DNA of 64,000 nt from Gammaproteobacteria bacterium (GCA_024763505.1 JANTFI010000002.1:9990-73989); one strand, 5' to 3'; counted from the stretch's first letter, positions 31,301 through 41,560 are shown. Translations and numbers: made by a program. Notes: a model not told the origin generated them from the letters alone.

Positions 31301-31907
31301 GATTCTGCTAATCGACGCCACCATCGCCCGGGTTTCGCAGGGTGAAGAATTGCGCGAAGCGGTGATCAATGCGACCCGCTCCAGAACCCGGCCAATCATG
31401 ATTACAGCGCTGGCACTGGTGCTCGGTTCAATGGTCATTCTGACCGACCCGACCTTTCAGGGTATGGCAATCTCGCTGCTGTTCGGTGTATTTGTCTCGA
31501 CCCTGTTGACCTTGCTGGTCATTCCACTAGGTTGTATTTCACTGGGTGAACGCATCTTCGTTTGCGCCGGCAGTAAAGATCCGAATGTGTGCAAGGATTA
31601 TGATGAGCGCAAAGCCAATGGCGAGTCATTGATTCAGGTTGATCGCAATCTGCAGGACACTGCTGAGAGCCCGGTTGATAACAGTGATGTCACAACAACC
31701 AGCGTCGATTTTGATGTCAGCACGCCAGACAACTCCGACGAAATGGATACGGCTGCGCAAGAAGAAAAACCGGCTGATGCCGTCGTCAAAAAGAAAGCAG
31801 CAAGCAAAAAGAAAAGTACGCGCAAGAAAGCCGTAAAGAAAAAAGCGGCTGCCAAAAAAGCAACCAGCCCGAAAGCTGCCGATAAGGATTCTGAGCCGAA
31901 AGATTAG
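28335..31907 (+). CDS. efflux RND transporter permease (AcrB/HAE family) with a C-terminal Lys/Ala-rich histone-H1-like tail
   Basis: 1190 aa; 12-TM RND architecture with two large periplasmic loops. About 130 aa of C-terminal extension ending KKKAASKKKSTRKKAVKKKAAAKKATSPKAADKDSEPKD. Confidence 0.85.
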   Translation: MTVANKQDVLSKEELGFAGRLADSFIHSPLSPLLFIAMMLVGFYGLYATPRQEDPQISVPMIDIMLQMPGASSEEISRLVVSPLERLVSEINGVKHVYSVSDEGFGIITLEFNVGEQIERAIVLTHNKVQANLDLMPPGAKEPLIKPKEVDDVPVVTLTLWSNEMDDANLRTLAVSLMQDLKQVPLTGNTFVSGGRSEQVRINVLPGKLKGFGITMGHIANTIQSFNTEQTVGFVEQSDKFLWVKTGVFLKSADDFERLVVGNHEGKPVYLRDVAEVIEGPEEARQQVAYYSGPAYDGEAVNGAQAVTIAIAKQHGANGVAVVNNILKKVDHLKGHLIPDNVQVAVTRNYGETANAKVNSLLFKLVVATAAVTFLVWISLGLRPAIVVLLTIPVVLVITVFMAMMMGYTIDRVSLFALIFSIGFLVDNAIVIVENIYARWLRAGETSTEIAVDAVREVGNPTVLATYTVIAALLPMGFVRGMMGPYMEPIPALGSVAMIFSLIAAVVFAPWIAMRIIPPMDTLHKMEERDEKIDHWLGKFYHRVLGALIDKKIAGYGFLAGLIFAFFVVVAMFTPLTDYMVKVKMLPFDNKAEFALVIDMPDGTALPDTVNTTNDIVELIRTVPEVTALQTYVGTARPFDFNGLVRHYYLRQFPWQAEIQVQLTDKHDRDRTSHDIAQQVRQMLKPVGQAANAVITIVEMPPGPPVLQTVVAEVHGPDAQTRAQVTTMLTELFRESELIDDVDNYMRSQQEIWRFKIDLDKAANQGVTVEAINQHLAMSMGMFKVGDVKQKLVYEPTYIILQIPLAARSNLEQLAEIPVMTADGRSVPLGEVGEFVKDYRDPMIFHKDLRPVEFVVGDSVGKLPAPIYAMNDIDERLKSHPTPDGVIMSGTMIGPPEHDDVSGFEWSGEWTVTYETFRDMGMAFGVALVAIYMLVVWQFGNFSIPAVIMAPIPLTMLGILPGHWLLGAEFTATSMIGWIALAGIIVRNSILLIDATIARVSQGEELREAVINATRSRTRPIMITALALVLGSMVILTDPTFQGMAISLLFGVFVSTLLTLLVIPLGCISLGERIFVCAGSKDPNVCKDYDERKANGESLIQVDRNLQDTAESPVDNSDVTTTSVDFDVSTPDNSDEMDTAAQEEKPADAVVKKKAASKKKSTRKKAVKKKAAAKKATSPKAADKDSEPKD

Positions 31908-31982
31908 AAACCAGAGTCGCCGGAGTCGGGCTCGGAACCGGGCTCGGAGTCGGAAAAATAACCCGACAGCACTCTAACCCGT

Positions 31983-32012
31983 AAAAAAGCCCGCAACTTG
32001 CGGGCTTTTTTT
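31983..32012. terminator. bidirectional Rho-independent terminator between the convergent RND gene and fccB
   Basis: A6, hairpin GCCCGC-aactt-GCGGGC, then T7. Confidence 0.7.
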
Positions 32013-32032
32013 GGACGATTAGAGCCTGCCTT

Positions 32033-33385
32033 TTAACTGTAAAACATATCGCGGAATAGACCTTCAGCCCAGGCCAGACCGGCTTGACCGGCACGCGCAT
32101 TCCATTGCTCCATCAAATGCACGCGATCGAAAGCGAAAGTTTTATCGACCTGATCATACTGGTAAAAGGCGATAATACTCATCGACTCCAGCGGGTCGAT
32201 CCGTACGCCGGAAAAGCACATGGTTTGCGGGCTGCGCCAATCGATTTCCTTGCCATTGGCATGTGCCGCAATCACTTCGGCCACATAACGCGCCTCGGAA
32301 CTCGCGGTATTGCCACTTTTAGAGAATGGTTGCGAGCGGGAATCGCCAGTGACATAGATATATTCATCATCCAGCAAGTGGTATTTGAACGGATCAATCG
32401 ACGCCTCTTTCTGCGCGCTGGCGGGATCACTCAGGCCAAAATCCTCGATGATACTGGCCGCACGCACCGGCGGGTAGATGACCGCATCATCAAAGCCGTA
32501 ACTGTCAAAATCCGTTTCGATTTCCTTGTCCTGCAGATTGACTGCGGTAATGCTGGCACTGCTTTCATATTCGATGATGTCACCATAGTATTGCGCAAAA
32601 GCCTTTTTAAATCCGTCCGCCTTGATACGAATATCCGGATTCATATCCAGCAAATGTATCTTTGCCTGGACATTGTTTTTACGGAAGATGGCGGCTGCCA
32701 TACAGGCCCGTTCATAGGGGGCAGCCATACACCGATAATTGCCCGCTGGCACCGTCATTAAAAAGGTGCCACCCTCAAACCGGTTAAGCTTGTGCTTGAT
32801 CGCCATGATTTCGGAGTGATTGCTGAAACCGGCGGGATACTGCATGCGCAGGGCATACTCCTGTTCAGGATCTTCAACCCCGATTCGTCCGTAGTCATAG
32901 TCGATGCCTGGTGCCAGAACCAGATAATCGTAACGGATACTGCCGAGCGTGGTTACCAGTGTTTTACTGTCGCGGTCCAGTTCAAGAGCGGTAGCCTGTA
33001 AAAACAGATAATCATTATTCTGCGCCGCCTCGACATAACTGTGGGTCAGAAATTCGAGATTGACTTGATCAGCCATCCAGACATTGCTGATCGGGCAAGA
33101 AACAAATTGTTCATTTTTATCCAGCAACACCACATCGAATTTCGGATTTTGTCGTTTCAGGTATTTGGCCATAGTCAGTCCGGACCAGCCCGCTCCCACT
33201 ATGACCACTCTGGGTCCTTTTTTGACTGGAATCGCTGCCGGTGCGCTGAAACGCCCGCTCGCCACTATGGTGGCAGGTTTTTTCTGAACGGAATTGTCAG
33301 CCAGCACACCCTGACCGGTTAAACCCGCTCCTCCCAGAGCGATTCCGGTTTGCAGAAATTGTCGCCGATTGATCTTGTTGGCCAT
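32033..33385 (-). CDS. fccB: flavocytochrome c sulfide dehydrogenase flavoprotein subunit (FccB), Tat-exported
   Basis: Twin-arginine signal NRRQFLQTGIALGGAG; FAD-binding VVIVGAGWSGL. About 430 aa, consistent with the FCSD flavoprotein. Immediately downstream of a dihaem cytochrome c gene. Confidence 0.8.
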   Translation of the reverse strand: MANKINRRQFLQTGIALGGAGLTGQGVLADNSVQKKPATIVASGRFSAPAAIPVKKGPRVVIVGAGWSGLTMAKYLKRQNPKFDVVLLDKNEQFVSCPISNVWMADQVNLEFLTHSYVEAAQNNDYLFLQATALELDRDSKTLVTTLGSIRYDYLVLAPGIDYDYGRIGVEDPEQEYALRMQYPAGFSNHSEIMAIKHKLNRFEGGTFLMTVPAGNYRCMAAPYERACMAAAIFRKNNVQAKIHLLDMNPDIRIKADGFKKAFAQYYGDIIEYESSASITAVNLQDKEIETDFDSYGFDDAVIYPPVRAASIIEDFGLSDPASAQKEASIDPFKYHLLDDEYIYVTGDSRSQPFSKSGNTASSEARYVAEVIAAHANGKEIDWRSPQTMCFSGVRIDPLESMSIIAFYQYDQVDKTFAFDRVHLMEQWNARAGQAGLAWAEGLFRDMFYS

Positions 33386-33395
33386 GACTCTGTCC

Positions 33396-34094
33396 CTATT
33401 TAAAATCCGGATTACGCCAGTTCAGCGAAGGTGCTTTTTTGTCTTCGGGCACCGCCAACCATGACACATAGTTGGCGATTTTTTGTAATTTATCATCCGG
33501 CACTGAATCTACAATCGCCTTCATTGCCGGATTCACCTTGCGAATCCCCTTGTGGACCAGTTCGAGCTGCCGAAGCAAATATGCATAATGTTGCCCGTAC
33601 AATCGTGGAATCGCCCCGATATTCTTGCCTTCACCCAGTGCGCCATGACAACGGGCGCATTTGTCATTATATAGTTTTTTTCCCTGCTGAAATTCTTTGC
33701 TGAGGTCACTCCAAGGTCCTTTGGCATGTCGCGGGTGCATCGGTAAGCGGGCAATATACGCGACCACATCGGCCATATCCTGATACCCCCCCATGGTGCG
33801 CTCTTGCACGAATGGATACATGGCGGGGTTTTCGCGAAATCCACTGCGGATGTCCAGTAATTGCTTGACCAACACACTCTGGTGCTGACCGGCAATCTGC
33901 GGGTAACCCCCGTCTGAATTTCCCCAGCCTTCCGGCAAGTGGCACGTGGCACAGATTTCATACACCCGCTTGCCATTTTTCAGGTCAGGCTGAAAACTGA
34001 GGTGAATATCCACCGGCTTCTCTACCGCCTGTAAAGGTGTAGAAATGGTGAAAAAAAACAGCAGTAATATTCGTTGTAATATTTTTACAGTCAT
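33396..34094 (-). CDS. fccA: dihaem cytochrome c subunit of flavocytochrome c sulfide dehydrogenase (FccA)
   Basis: Signal peptide and two haem-binding motifs (CATCH, CARCH). Gene order fccA-fccB as in Allochromatium. Confidence 0.7.
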   Translation of the reverse strand: MTVKILQRILLLFFFTISTPLQAVEKPVDIHLSFQPDLKNGKRVYEICATCHLPEGWGNSDGGYPQIAGQHQSVLVKQLLDIRSGFRENPAMYPFVQERTMGGYQDMADVVAYIARLPMHPRHAKGPWSDLSKEFQQGKKLYNDKCARCHGALGEGKNIGAIPRLYGQHYAYLLRQLELVHKGIRKVNPAMKAIVDSVPDDKLQKIANYVSWLAVPEDKKAPSLNWRNPDFK

Positions 34095-34281
34095 TTTATT
34101 CCCATTGGTTTCCAGGCGCCTGAGATCAAGCCGTTGTGCAAATGGAATTTGCCATAAAGTGGATTGTTTTTGTTATAAGCTTTTTCATTTTAGAGGGAAA
34201 AAGAGAAAGGGTGAACGATCTGGGTCAATTTCGACGCTTTTTCCTGTTGTGAGCGTCAAATACAATGTGTTGACCCAAAAA

Positions 34282-34310
34282 AAACCCCGCTACTTACAGC
34301 AGCGGGGTTT
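34282..34310 (-). terminator. Rho-independent terminator downstream of groEL
   Basis: Plus strand reads A8-CCCCGCT-acttacagc-AGCGGGG-T5. This gives a hairpin plus U-run on the minus strand right after the groEL stop. Confidence 0.6.
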
Positions 34311-34360
34311 TTACAGATAGCCAGTAGGCTATCGGGCTTTTAGCCGGGTTACAGGCGGGT

Positions 34361-36324
<1,964 letters not shown>

Positions 36325-36382
36325 TGTTTGGATTCTCCTAATGATTTAATCGATTGGTTAAACAAGCCTGCCATGCAGGCAA

Positions 36383-36409
36383 TTAGCACTCTGGCTTTGC
36401 GAGTGCTAA
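36383..36409 (-). promoter_or_regulatory. CIRCE operator (HrcA binding site) upstream of groES
   Basis: Perfect match to the CIRCE consensus TTAGCACTC-N9-GAGTGCTAA. Confidence 0.8.
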
Positions 36410-36440
36410 TCATAGCCCGCAAAGCGGCATAGTCAAGCAA

Positions 36441-36468
36441 TATGGGGAGGGGGTTCAGGCTTTCAAGG
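36441..36468 (-). promoter_or_regulatory. sigma-32 (RpoH) heat-shock promoter of groESL
   Basis: Minus strand reads CTTGAAA-N13-CCCCATAT, matching the sigma-32 -35/-10 consensus CTTGAAA / CCCCATNT. Confidence 0.7.
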
Positions 36469-36509
36469 GGCGCAGAAAAAAAAATTCAAATCTATGCAGA
36501 TCCGAAGAC

Positions 36510-36980
36510 TTACTGCTCATCATCGCGCTGGTATTTCACGCCTTCGATGGTGCGCCCGGAGCGGGATGAGGAAGATGTCGACTGTTGCGGATCACAGTAG
36601 CCGCTGTGCATATTGAATCGCCCTGAGCGGATCAGCCGGGTCGTAAGAGCGCGAATCATCAACTTACGAGTCGGTGGAATCAGCAGCAAAAAACCGAAGG
36701 CATCAGTAAAAAACCCCGGGGTCAGCAGAAAGGCACCGGCAATCACTAACGCAAAGCCTTCGAGCATTTCCTCAGCCGGCAATTCTCCGGTCGACAGCTT
36801 TTGTTGGGCGCGCATCAAGGTCGACAAACCCTGTTGCTTGAGTAACTGAATGCCGATGACTGCGGTCAACACCACGAAAAAAACAGTCCACAATGCGCCA
36901 ATCACTTGCCCGACCTGAATCAGGATGTAAATTTCCAGCAAGGGCACAATTAGGAAGATCAAAGCAAGTACTGGAAACAT
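36510..36980 (-). CDS. fxsA: FxsA family cytoplasmic membrane protein
   Basis: 156 aa with strong similarity in layout to E. coli FxsA (GxLLTxxLVxxTxxIG..., LLLLPGFFTDFLGLLLLLPP). Adjacent to groES as in E. coli. Confidence 0.8.
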   Translation of the reverse strand: MFPVLALIFLIVPLLEIYILIQVGQVIGALWTVFFVVLTAVIGIQLLKQQGLSTLMRAQQKLSTGELPAEEMLEGFALVIAGAFLLTPGFFTDAFGFLLLIPPTRKLMIRALTTRLIRSGRFNMHSGYCDPQQSTSSSSRSGRTIEGVKYQRDDEQ

Positions 36981-37114
36981 GATGTCCTCGGGACTAGAAT
37001 ACGCGCTGGCCGAAACAGACGGCAGGTTGGTGTGAGATTCAGTTACTATATGGGCTGATCACGCAAAACTTCAAGGCATTTTTCAATAACACGCTCAGCG
37101 CACCGGAGAAATTT

Positions 37115-37432
37115 TTGTCGCAAGTCATTGTAATGCTCACCACCTGGCCCGATGAAAGCGGTGCCAGAGCGGCTGCTGAAAGCTGGGTGAATAAAAAACT
37201 CGCCGCTTGCGTCAACATTTTACCGCCAATGCTGTCTATCTATCATTGGGATGGTGAATTGAATCATGGCCATGAACATCAACTGATCATCAAAACGACC
37301 CGCAATCAGTGTGATGCGCTCAAACAAATGATTCAACAGACGCATCCCTACGAATGCCCGGAGATACTGCAACTACCGGTCGAAGGCGGGCACCCACCCT
37401 ATTTGAACTGGATTACAGGATACACTCAATGA
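37115..37432 (+). CDS. cutA: divalent-cation tolerance protein CutA
   Basis: 105 aa CutA1 fold (VIVMLTTWPDE...KKLAACV). TTG start preceded by GGAGAAA. Stop overlaps the dsbD start (ATGA), as in the E. coli cutA-dsbD operon. Confidence 0.8.
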   Translation: MSQVIVMLTTWPDESGARAAAESWVNKKLAACVNILPPMLSIYHWDGELNHGHEHQLIIKTTRNQCDALKQMIQQTHPYECPEILQLPVEGGHPPYLNWITGYTQ

Positions 37433-39969
37433 AATTCTGCAAAGCGATATTACTGTTATTCTTACTGGCTGTTGGCGGCGCACAGGCGCAACAGGATGAA
37501 CTGCTCCCTCCTGAACAGGCATTCCGACTGAGCGGCCAGATAAATGGCGACAGCATCGTTGCCGATTTCAATATCGCGCCCGGCTACTATATGTATCGAA
37601 AATCTTTCAAATTCGATGCCGAAACCGATGGAGTTACGCTGGATGAACCGATCATCCCGCCGGGCCACAAAAAATCCGATGAATTCTTCGGTGAAGTTGA
37701 AGTCTACCGTGATCAGGTTTCGATCGAGATTCCGCTTCGCTATGGTGCTGGCCAGCGACCTGCGAGCGTACGCATCAAAACTGTCGGTCAAGGTTGCGCC
37801 GATATTGGCGTGTGCTACCCGCCACTGTTTGAGACGCTGAATCTGGATCCCGCAAACCCCGGTCCGGTGGCGGCAATTCCATATCGCGCCCCTGCCGTCA
37901 AGGCCGCGCCGGCACCAGTGCAAATGGCCGCCAATACGGTTGACCAGGGGCTCAATGAATTACAAAGCCTGCTTTCGGCAGCCACCGATACGCTGTCCAC
38001 AGAGACATCGGCACCCCCTGCCACTGAACAAAACAGCAATAACAATTCCGGGGAAGACCCGCTGGCCCTGCTGCAGGCGCTTGGTAGTGATATCGGGCTG
38101 GAAGAAGACGATGAAATTCCCGCGCCGGATACCGCATTTCAGTTGCGTACACGCGTAGATAGCAACAATGTGGTCAGCGCAGACATCAAGATTTACAAGC
38201 ACACCTATCTGTATCAAGACAAGTTCAAGGTCGATTTGATTCAGGGAGACGGCATCCAGCTTGGGCCTATTCAATTGCCCGATGGTGATCTGAAAAACGA
38301 TGAATTCTTCGGTGAAATGATCGTGTATCACGACCAGATCAGTGTTCCCATCCCTTTGCAATTGCAGCCCGGCGCCAGCCAGCAAGCCGTTCTTTCTTTC
38401 GGTTATCAGGGCTGTGTTGAAGATAAAATCTGCTATCCACCGATCACCAAATACCTGAGTGTCGATCTGGCGAAAAAAACCGTCACCGTGTCGGAGCAAC
38501 GCCCGCAAGGTGCGCAAAGCCCGAAAGCGAAACCCTCATCATCCGGTACTAGCCAACAGCCTGCAACCACAGCGCCAGAGCAAACCCTGCCCGCCGGCGC
38601 TTCCGCCCCGCTGGGCCAGACCGAGCAGGATGAATTTACCAACATCATCGCCGGTGGCAGCCTGATCCTGATTATCGGCTCTTTCTTTCTGGCCGGTGTG
38701 TTGCTGACCTTTACCCCCTGCGTATTTCCGATGATTCCGATCCTGTCCGGCATCATCGCCGGTCAGGGTGAAGACTTGAATACCCGCAAAGCCTTTTCGC
38801 TATCGCTGGTATATGTCCTTGCGATGGCCATCACCTATGCCATCGCCGGTTCACTGGTCGGCTATTTCGGCGCTGAATTCAATATCCAGGCGTGGTTCCA
38901 GGATCCGTGGATACTGAGCTTTTTCGCCGGTGTTTTCGTTTTGCTGGCGCTTTCGATGTTCGGCTTTTACGACTTGCAAATGCCCTCGTTCATCCAGAGC
39001 CGTCTTACTGAATTCAGTAACAAGCAACGCGGCGGCAATTTGATTGGGGTCGGCATCATGGGTATGTTATCCGCCCTGATCGTCGGCCCCTGTATCACCG
39101 CTCCGCTGGTCGGCGCGCTGGTATTCATTTCGCAAACCCAGGATGTCGTACTCGGAGGGCTGGCATTATTCGCACTCGGACTCGGCATGGGCCTGCCGTT
39201 ATTGCTGATCGGCACCAGTGCGGGTAAATACCTGCCACGCGCGGGCACCTGGATGGATACCGTCAAGGCTTTCTTCGGCGTCGCGCTGATCGCGGTTGCC
39301 ATCTGGCTGCTCGAGCGCATTCTGCCCACCGCTTTCACCATGCTGTTCATGTCGATGCTGATCATCGTCTCCGCGATTTACATGGGGGCGCTCGAAGCCA
39401 TCCCGCAAGGTAGTAGTGGCTGGAAGAAACTGTGGAAAGGCCTCGGCATTATCCTGCTGGCATATGGCCTGTTTTACCTGTATGGCGTAGCAGCCGGCAG
39501 CAAAGACTTGATCCAGCCATTGAAAGGTCTCGGCGGAGGCAGCCCGGTCGTGTACAGCGCTTTGCCCGGTGGCAGCGCGGCGATGCCGATGAAGACGCAT
39601 GTCGAATTTACCCGCATCAAGGGGCAGGAAGGCTTGCAAAAAGCACTGGCCGAAGCCTCGGCTCAGGGCAAACCGGTGATGCTCGACTTTTATGCCGACT
39701 GGTGTATCTCTTGCAAGGAAATGGAAAAATACGCTTTCAAGCATCCGGCTGTTCTGGCAGCTCTGGAAGATTATGTCACCATTCAGGCCGATGTTACGGC
39801 GAACGACAAAACCGACCAGCTTTTGATGAAATCGCTGGGCATCTATGGCCCGCCAGCCATCATTTTTTATGACCGAACAGGTAAAGAAGTCAAGGGCAGC
39901 CGGGTCGTCGGTGAAATGAGTGGAGAAGAATTCGCCGCCCATATCGTCAAATTCGCACATCTGAAATAA
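37429..39969 (+). CDS. dsbD: thiol:disulfide interchange protein DsbD with tandemly duplicated N-terminal alpha domains
   Basis: Signal peptide, then two DsbD-alpha-like immunoglobulin-fold domains. Each ends in a C-x5-C-YPP motif (GQGCADIGVCYPP and YQGCVEDKICYPP). An 8-TM beta domain follows (TPCVFPMIP...GPCITAPL), then a C-terminal thioredoxin gamma domain (WCISC). Start at the ATG at 37429. Confidence 0.85.
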   Translation: MKFCKAILLLFLLAVGGAQAQQDELLPPEQAFRLSGQINGDSIVADFNIAPGYYMYRKSFKFDAETDGVTLDEPIIPPGHKKSDEFFGEVEVYRDQVSIEIPLRYGAGQRPASVRIKTVGQGCADIGVCYPPLFETLNLDPANPGPVAAIPYRAPAVKAAPAPVQMAANTVDQGLNELQSLLSAATDTLSTETSAPPATEQNSNNNSGEDPLALLQALGSDIGLEEDDEIPAPDTAFQLRTRVDSNNVVSADIKIYKHTYLYQDKFKVDLIQGDGIQLGPIQLPDGDLKNDEFFGEMIVYHDQISVPIPLQLQPGASQQAVLSFGYQGCVEDKICYPPITKYLSVDLAKKTVTVSEQRPQGAQSPKAKPSSSGTSQQPATTAPEQTLPAGASAPLGQTEQDEFTNIIAGGSLILIIGSFFLAGVLLTFTPCVFPMIPILSGIIAGQGEDLNTRKAFSLSLVYVLAMAITYAIAGSLVGYFGAEFNIQAWFQDPWILSFFAGVFVLLALSMFGFYDLQMPSFIQSRLTEFSNKQRGGNLIGVGIMGMLSALIVGPCITAPLVGALVFISQTQDVVLGGLALFALGLGMGLPLLLIGTSAGKYLPRAGTWMDTVKAFFGVALIAVAIWLLERILPTAFTMLFMSMLIIVSAIYMGALEAIPQGSSGWKKLWKGLGIILLAYGLFYLYGVAAGSKDLIQPLKGLGGGSPVVYSALPGGSAAMPMKTHVEFTRIKGQEGLQKALAEASAQGKPVMLDFYADWCISCKEMEKYAFKHPAVLAALEDYVTIQADVTANDKTDQLLMKSLGIYGPPAIIFYDRTGKEVKGSRVVGEMSGEEFAAHIVKFAHLK

Positions 39970-39977
39970 GACCGGCG

Positions 39978-40535
39978 ATGAATCGGCAAACCCTGCTGGT
40001 GCTGACTTTCAGCACACTGGCCGCGCTGGGCGGCCTGTTTGTCTATCTCTGGCAAAATCCGTCGCCGAAATTTATCAGCGCCAAACCGACATCCAGCAGT
40101 CAGGCAACAACCCCATGGCGTTTTGAAGATATCGTACTGAAAGATGTCCGCTACCAGCCTCGGCACCTAAGCGAATGGAAACAACCTTTGTTGATGATCA
40201 ACCTGTGGGCGCCGTGGTGTGCACCGTGTCGCCGTGAAGTACCCGCCCTGATCCAGTTACAGAGAGACAATGCAAAAAATCTGCAGATCATCGGGCTGTC
40301 ATTTGACGCAGTCGAAAACGTGGTCAAATTCCAGATGGATTACCAAATAAATTACCCGCTATTACTGGTGCAGTCCGAAGCAAAGCAGCTGAATCAATTC
40401 TTTGGCAACAGCAGTTCGGGCTTACCCTTTACCGCCATTCTGAACCAAAATCGGAACATCGTGTACCGCCATAGCGGCGAAGTCACCCAGCCGCAACTGC
40501 AACAGGAAATCGATCGACTGCTGGCCAGCGAATAA
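39978..40535 (+). CDS. TlpA/ResA-family periplasmic thiol:disulfide oxidoreductase (thioredoxin fold)
   Basis: 185 aa. N-terminal membrane anchor; WAPWCAPCRRE active-site motif. Confidence 0.7.
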   Translation: MNRQTLLVLTFSTLAALGGLFVYLWQNPSPKFISAKPTSSSQATTPWRFEDIVLKDVRYQPRHLSEWKQPLLMINLWAPWCAPCRREVPALIQLQRDNAKNLQIIGLSFDAVENVVKFQMDYQINYPLLLVQSEAKQLNQFFGNSSSGLPFTAILNQNRNIVYRHSGEVTQPQLQQEIDRLLASE

Positions 40536-40628
40536 AAATCTTGCATCGAACATCGTGAAACTGGACACGATCTTGCTGCTATGTGACAATTAACAGCTTT
40601 AGAATCCACCCTGACACCGACACCCGAC

Positions 40629-41069
40629 ATGCCCGACATTCTGGTCATCCACGGCCCTAATCTGAACCTGCTGGGACAGCGCGAACCCGGACTCTATGGC
40701 CAGGATACTCTCGACACCATCAACCGCGAACTGGCTGATCTGGCGCGGGATAATGCAGTGCAATTAACCCATTTCCAGTCCAATCACGAAGGCGCAATTG
40801 TTGACCGCATTCATCAGGCACGTGAGCAGGGTTGCGATTTCATCATTATCAACCCCGCCGCATTCACCCATACCAGTATTGCGATCCGGGATGCTTTTCT
40901 CGGCTGTAAACTTCCGTTTATCGAGGTGCATTTGTCCAATGTTCATGCACGGGAAGATTACAGACAGCATTCGTATTTATCCGATATCGCCATCGGGGTC
41001 ATCAGCGGGCTGGGAAAAGACAGCTATCTACTGGCATTGCACGCGGCCATTGCGCGTTGCGTGGATTGA
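40629..41069 (+). CDS. aroQ: 3-dehydroquinate dehydratase, type II
   Basis: 146 aa. [13 protein letters not shown] and HLSNVH motifs. Upstream of accBC. Confidence 0.9.
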   Translation: MPDILVIHGPNLNLLGQREPGLYGQDTLDTINRELADLARDNAVQLTHFQSNHEGAIVDRIHQAREQGCDFIIINPAAFTHTSIAIRDAFLGCKLPFIEVHLSNVHAREDYRQHSYLSDIAIGVISGLGKDSYLLALHAAIARCVD

Positions 41070-41101
41070 AAAACGTCCAAACAAAAATTACAGAGAATTC
41101 C

Positions 41102-41548
41102 ATGGATATACGCAAAGTTAAAAAATTGATCGAACTGCTGGAAGAATCCGGCATTGCAGAACTCGAAATCAAAGAAGGCGAAGAATCGGTGCGCATCAGT
41201 CGCCATTCAACCGTTGCGCCGCAAGTGCAGATGAGCAGCCCCGCGCCGCTGGCAGCCGCACCGGTTGCTGCGGCAGAAGCGGTACCTGCGGCAGAGTCCG
41301 CAGCAGTTGCCAGTGGCCACGAAGTGCGCTCGCCCATGGTCGGCACATTTTACGCGGCACCATCTCCTACAGCGGGTCCCTTTGTCACAGTCGGCCAAAA
41401 AGTCAATGTCGGGGATACCCTGTGCATCATTGAAGCGATGAAAATGATGAACCAGATCGAAGCCGACCGGGCCGGCACGATCAAGCAAATTCTGGTAGAG
41501 AATGGCCAGCCGGTCGAATTTGACCAGGTTTTGTTTATCATCGAATAG
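41102..41548 (+). CDS. accB: acetyl-CoA carboxylase biotin carboxyl carrier protein
   Basis: [35 protein letters not shown]-terminus, Ala/Pro linker, biotinyl-lysine motif EAMKMMN. Start set at the internal ATG at 41102. Confidence 0.9.
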   Translation: MDIRKVKKLIELLEESGIAELEIKEGEESVRISRHSTVAPQVQMSSPAPLAAAPVAAAEAVPAAESAAVASGHEVRSPMVGTFYAAPSPTAGPFVTVGQKVNVGDTLCIIEAMKMMNQIEADRAGTIKQILVENGQPVEFDQVLFIIE

Positions 41549-41560
41549 AGGCCGCCTGCT

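Noticed and set aside
34045-34320. 91-aa ORF on the plus strand in the fccA-groEL intergenic region
   Set aside because: It overlaps the groEL terminator hairpin and the fccA upstream region. There is no RBS, and the sequence is basic and Cys-rich with low complexity. More likely promoter or terminator DNA.
37500-38440. Possible DNA-level tandem repeat corresponding to the duplicated DsbD alpha domains
   Set aside because: The two domains are similar only at the protein-motif level. The nucleotide sequences are diverged and do not form a recent direct repeat. It is recorded as a protein architecture finding instead.
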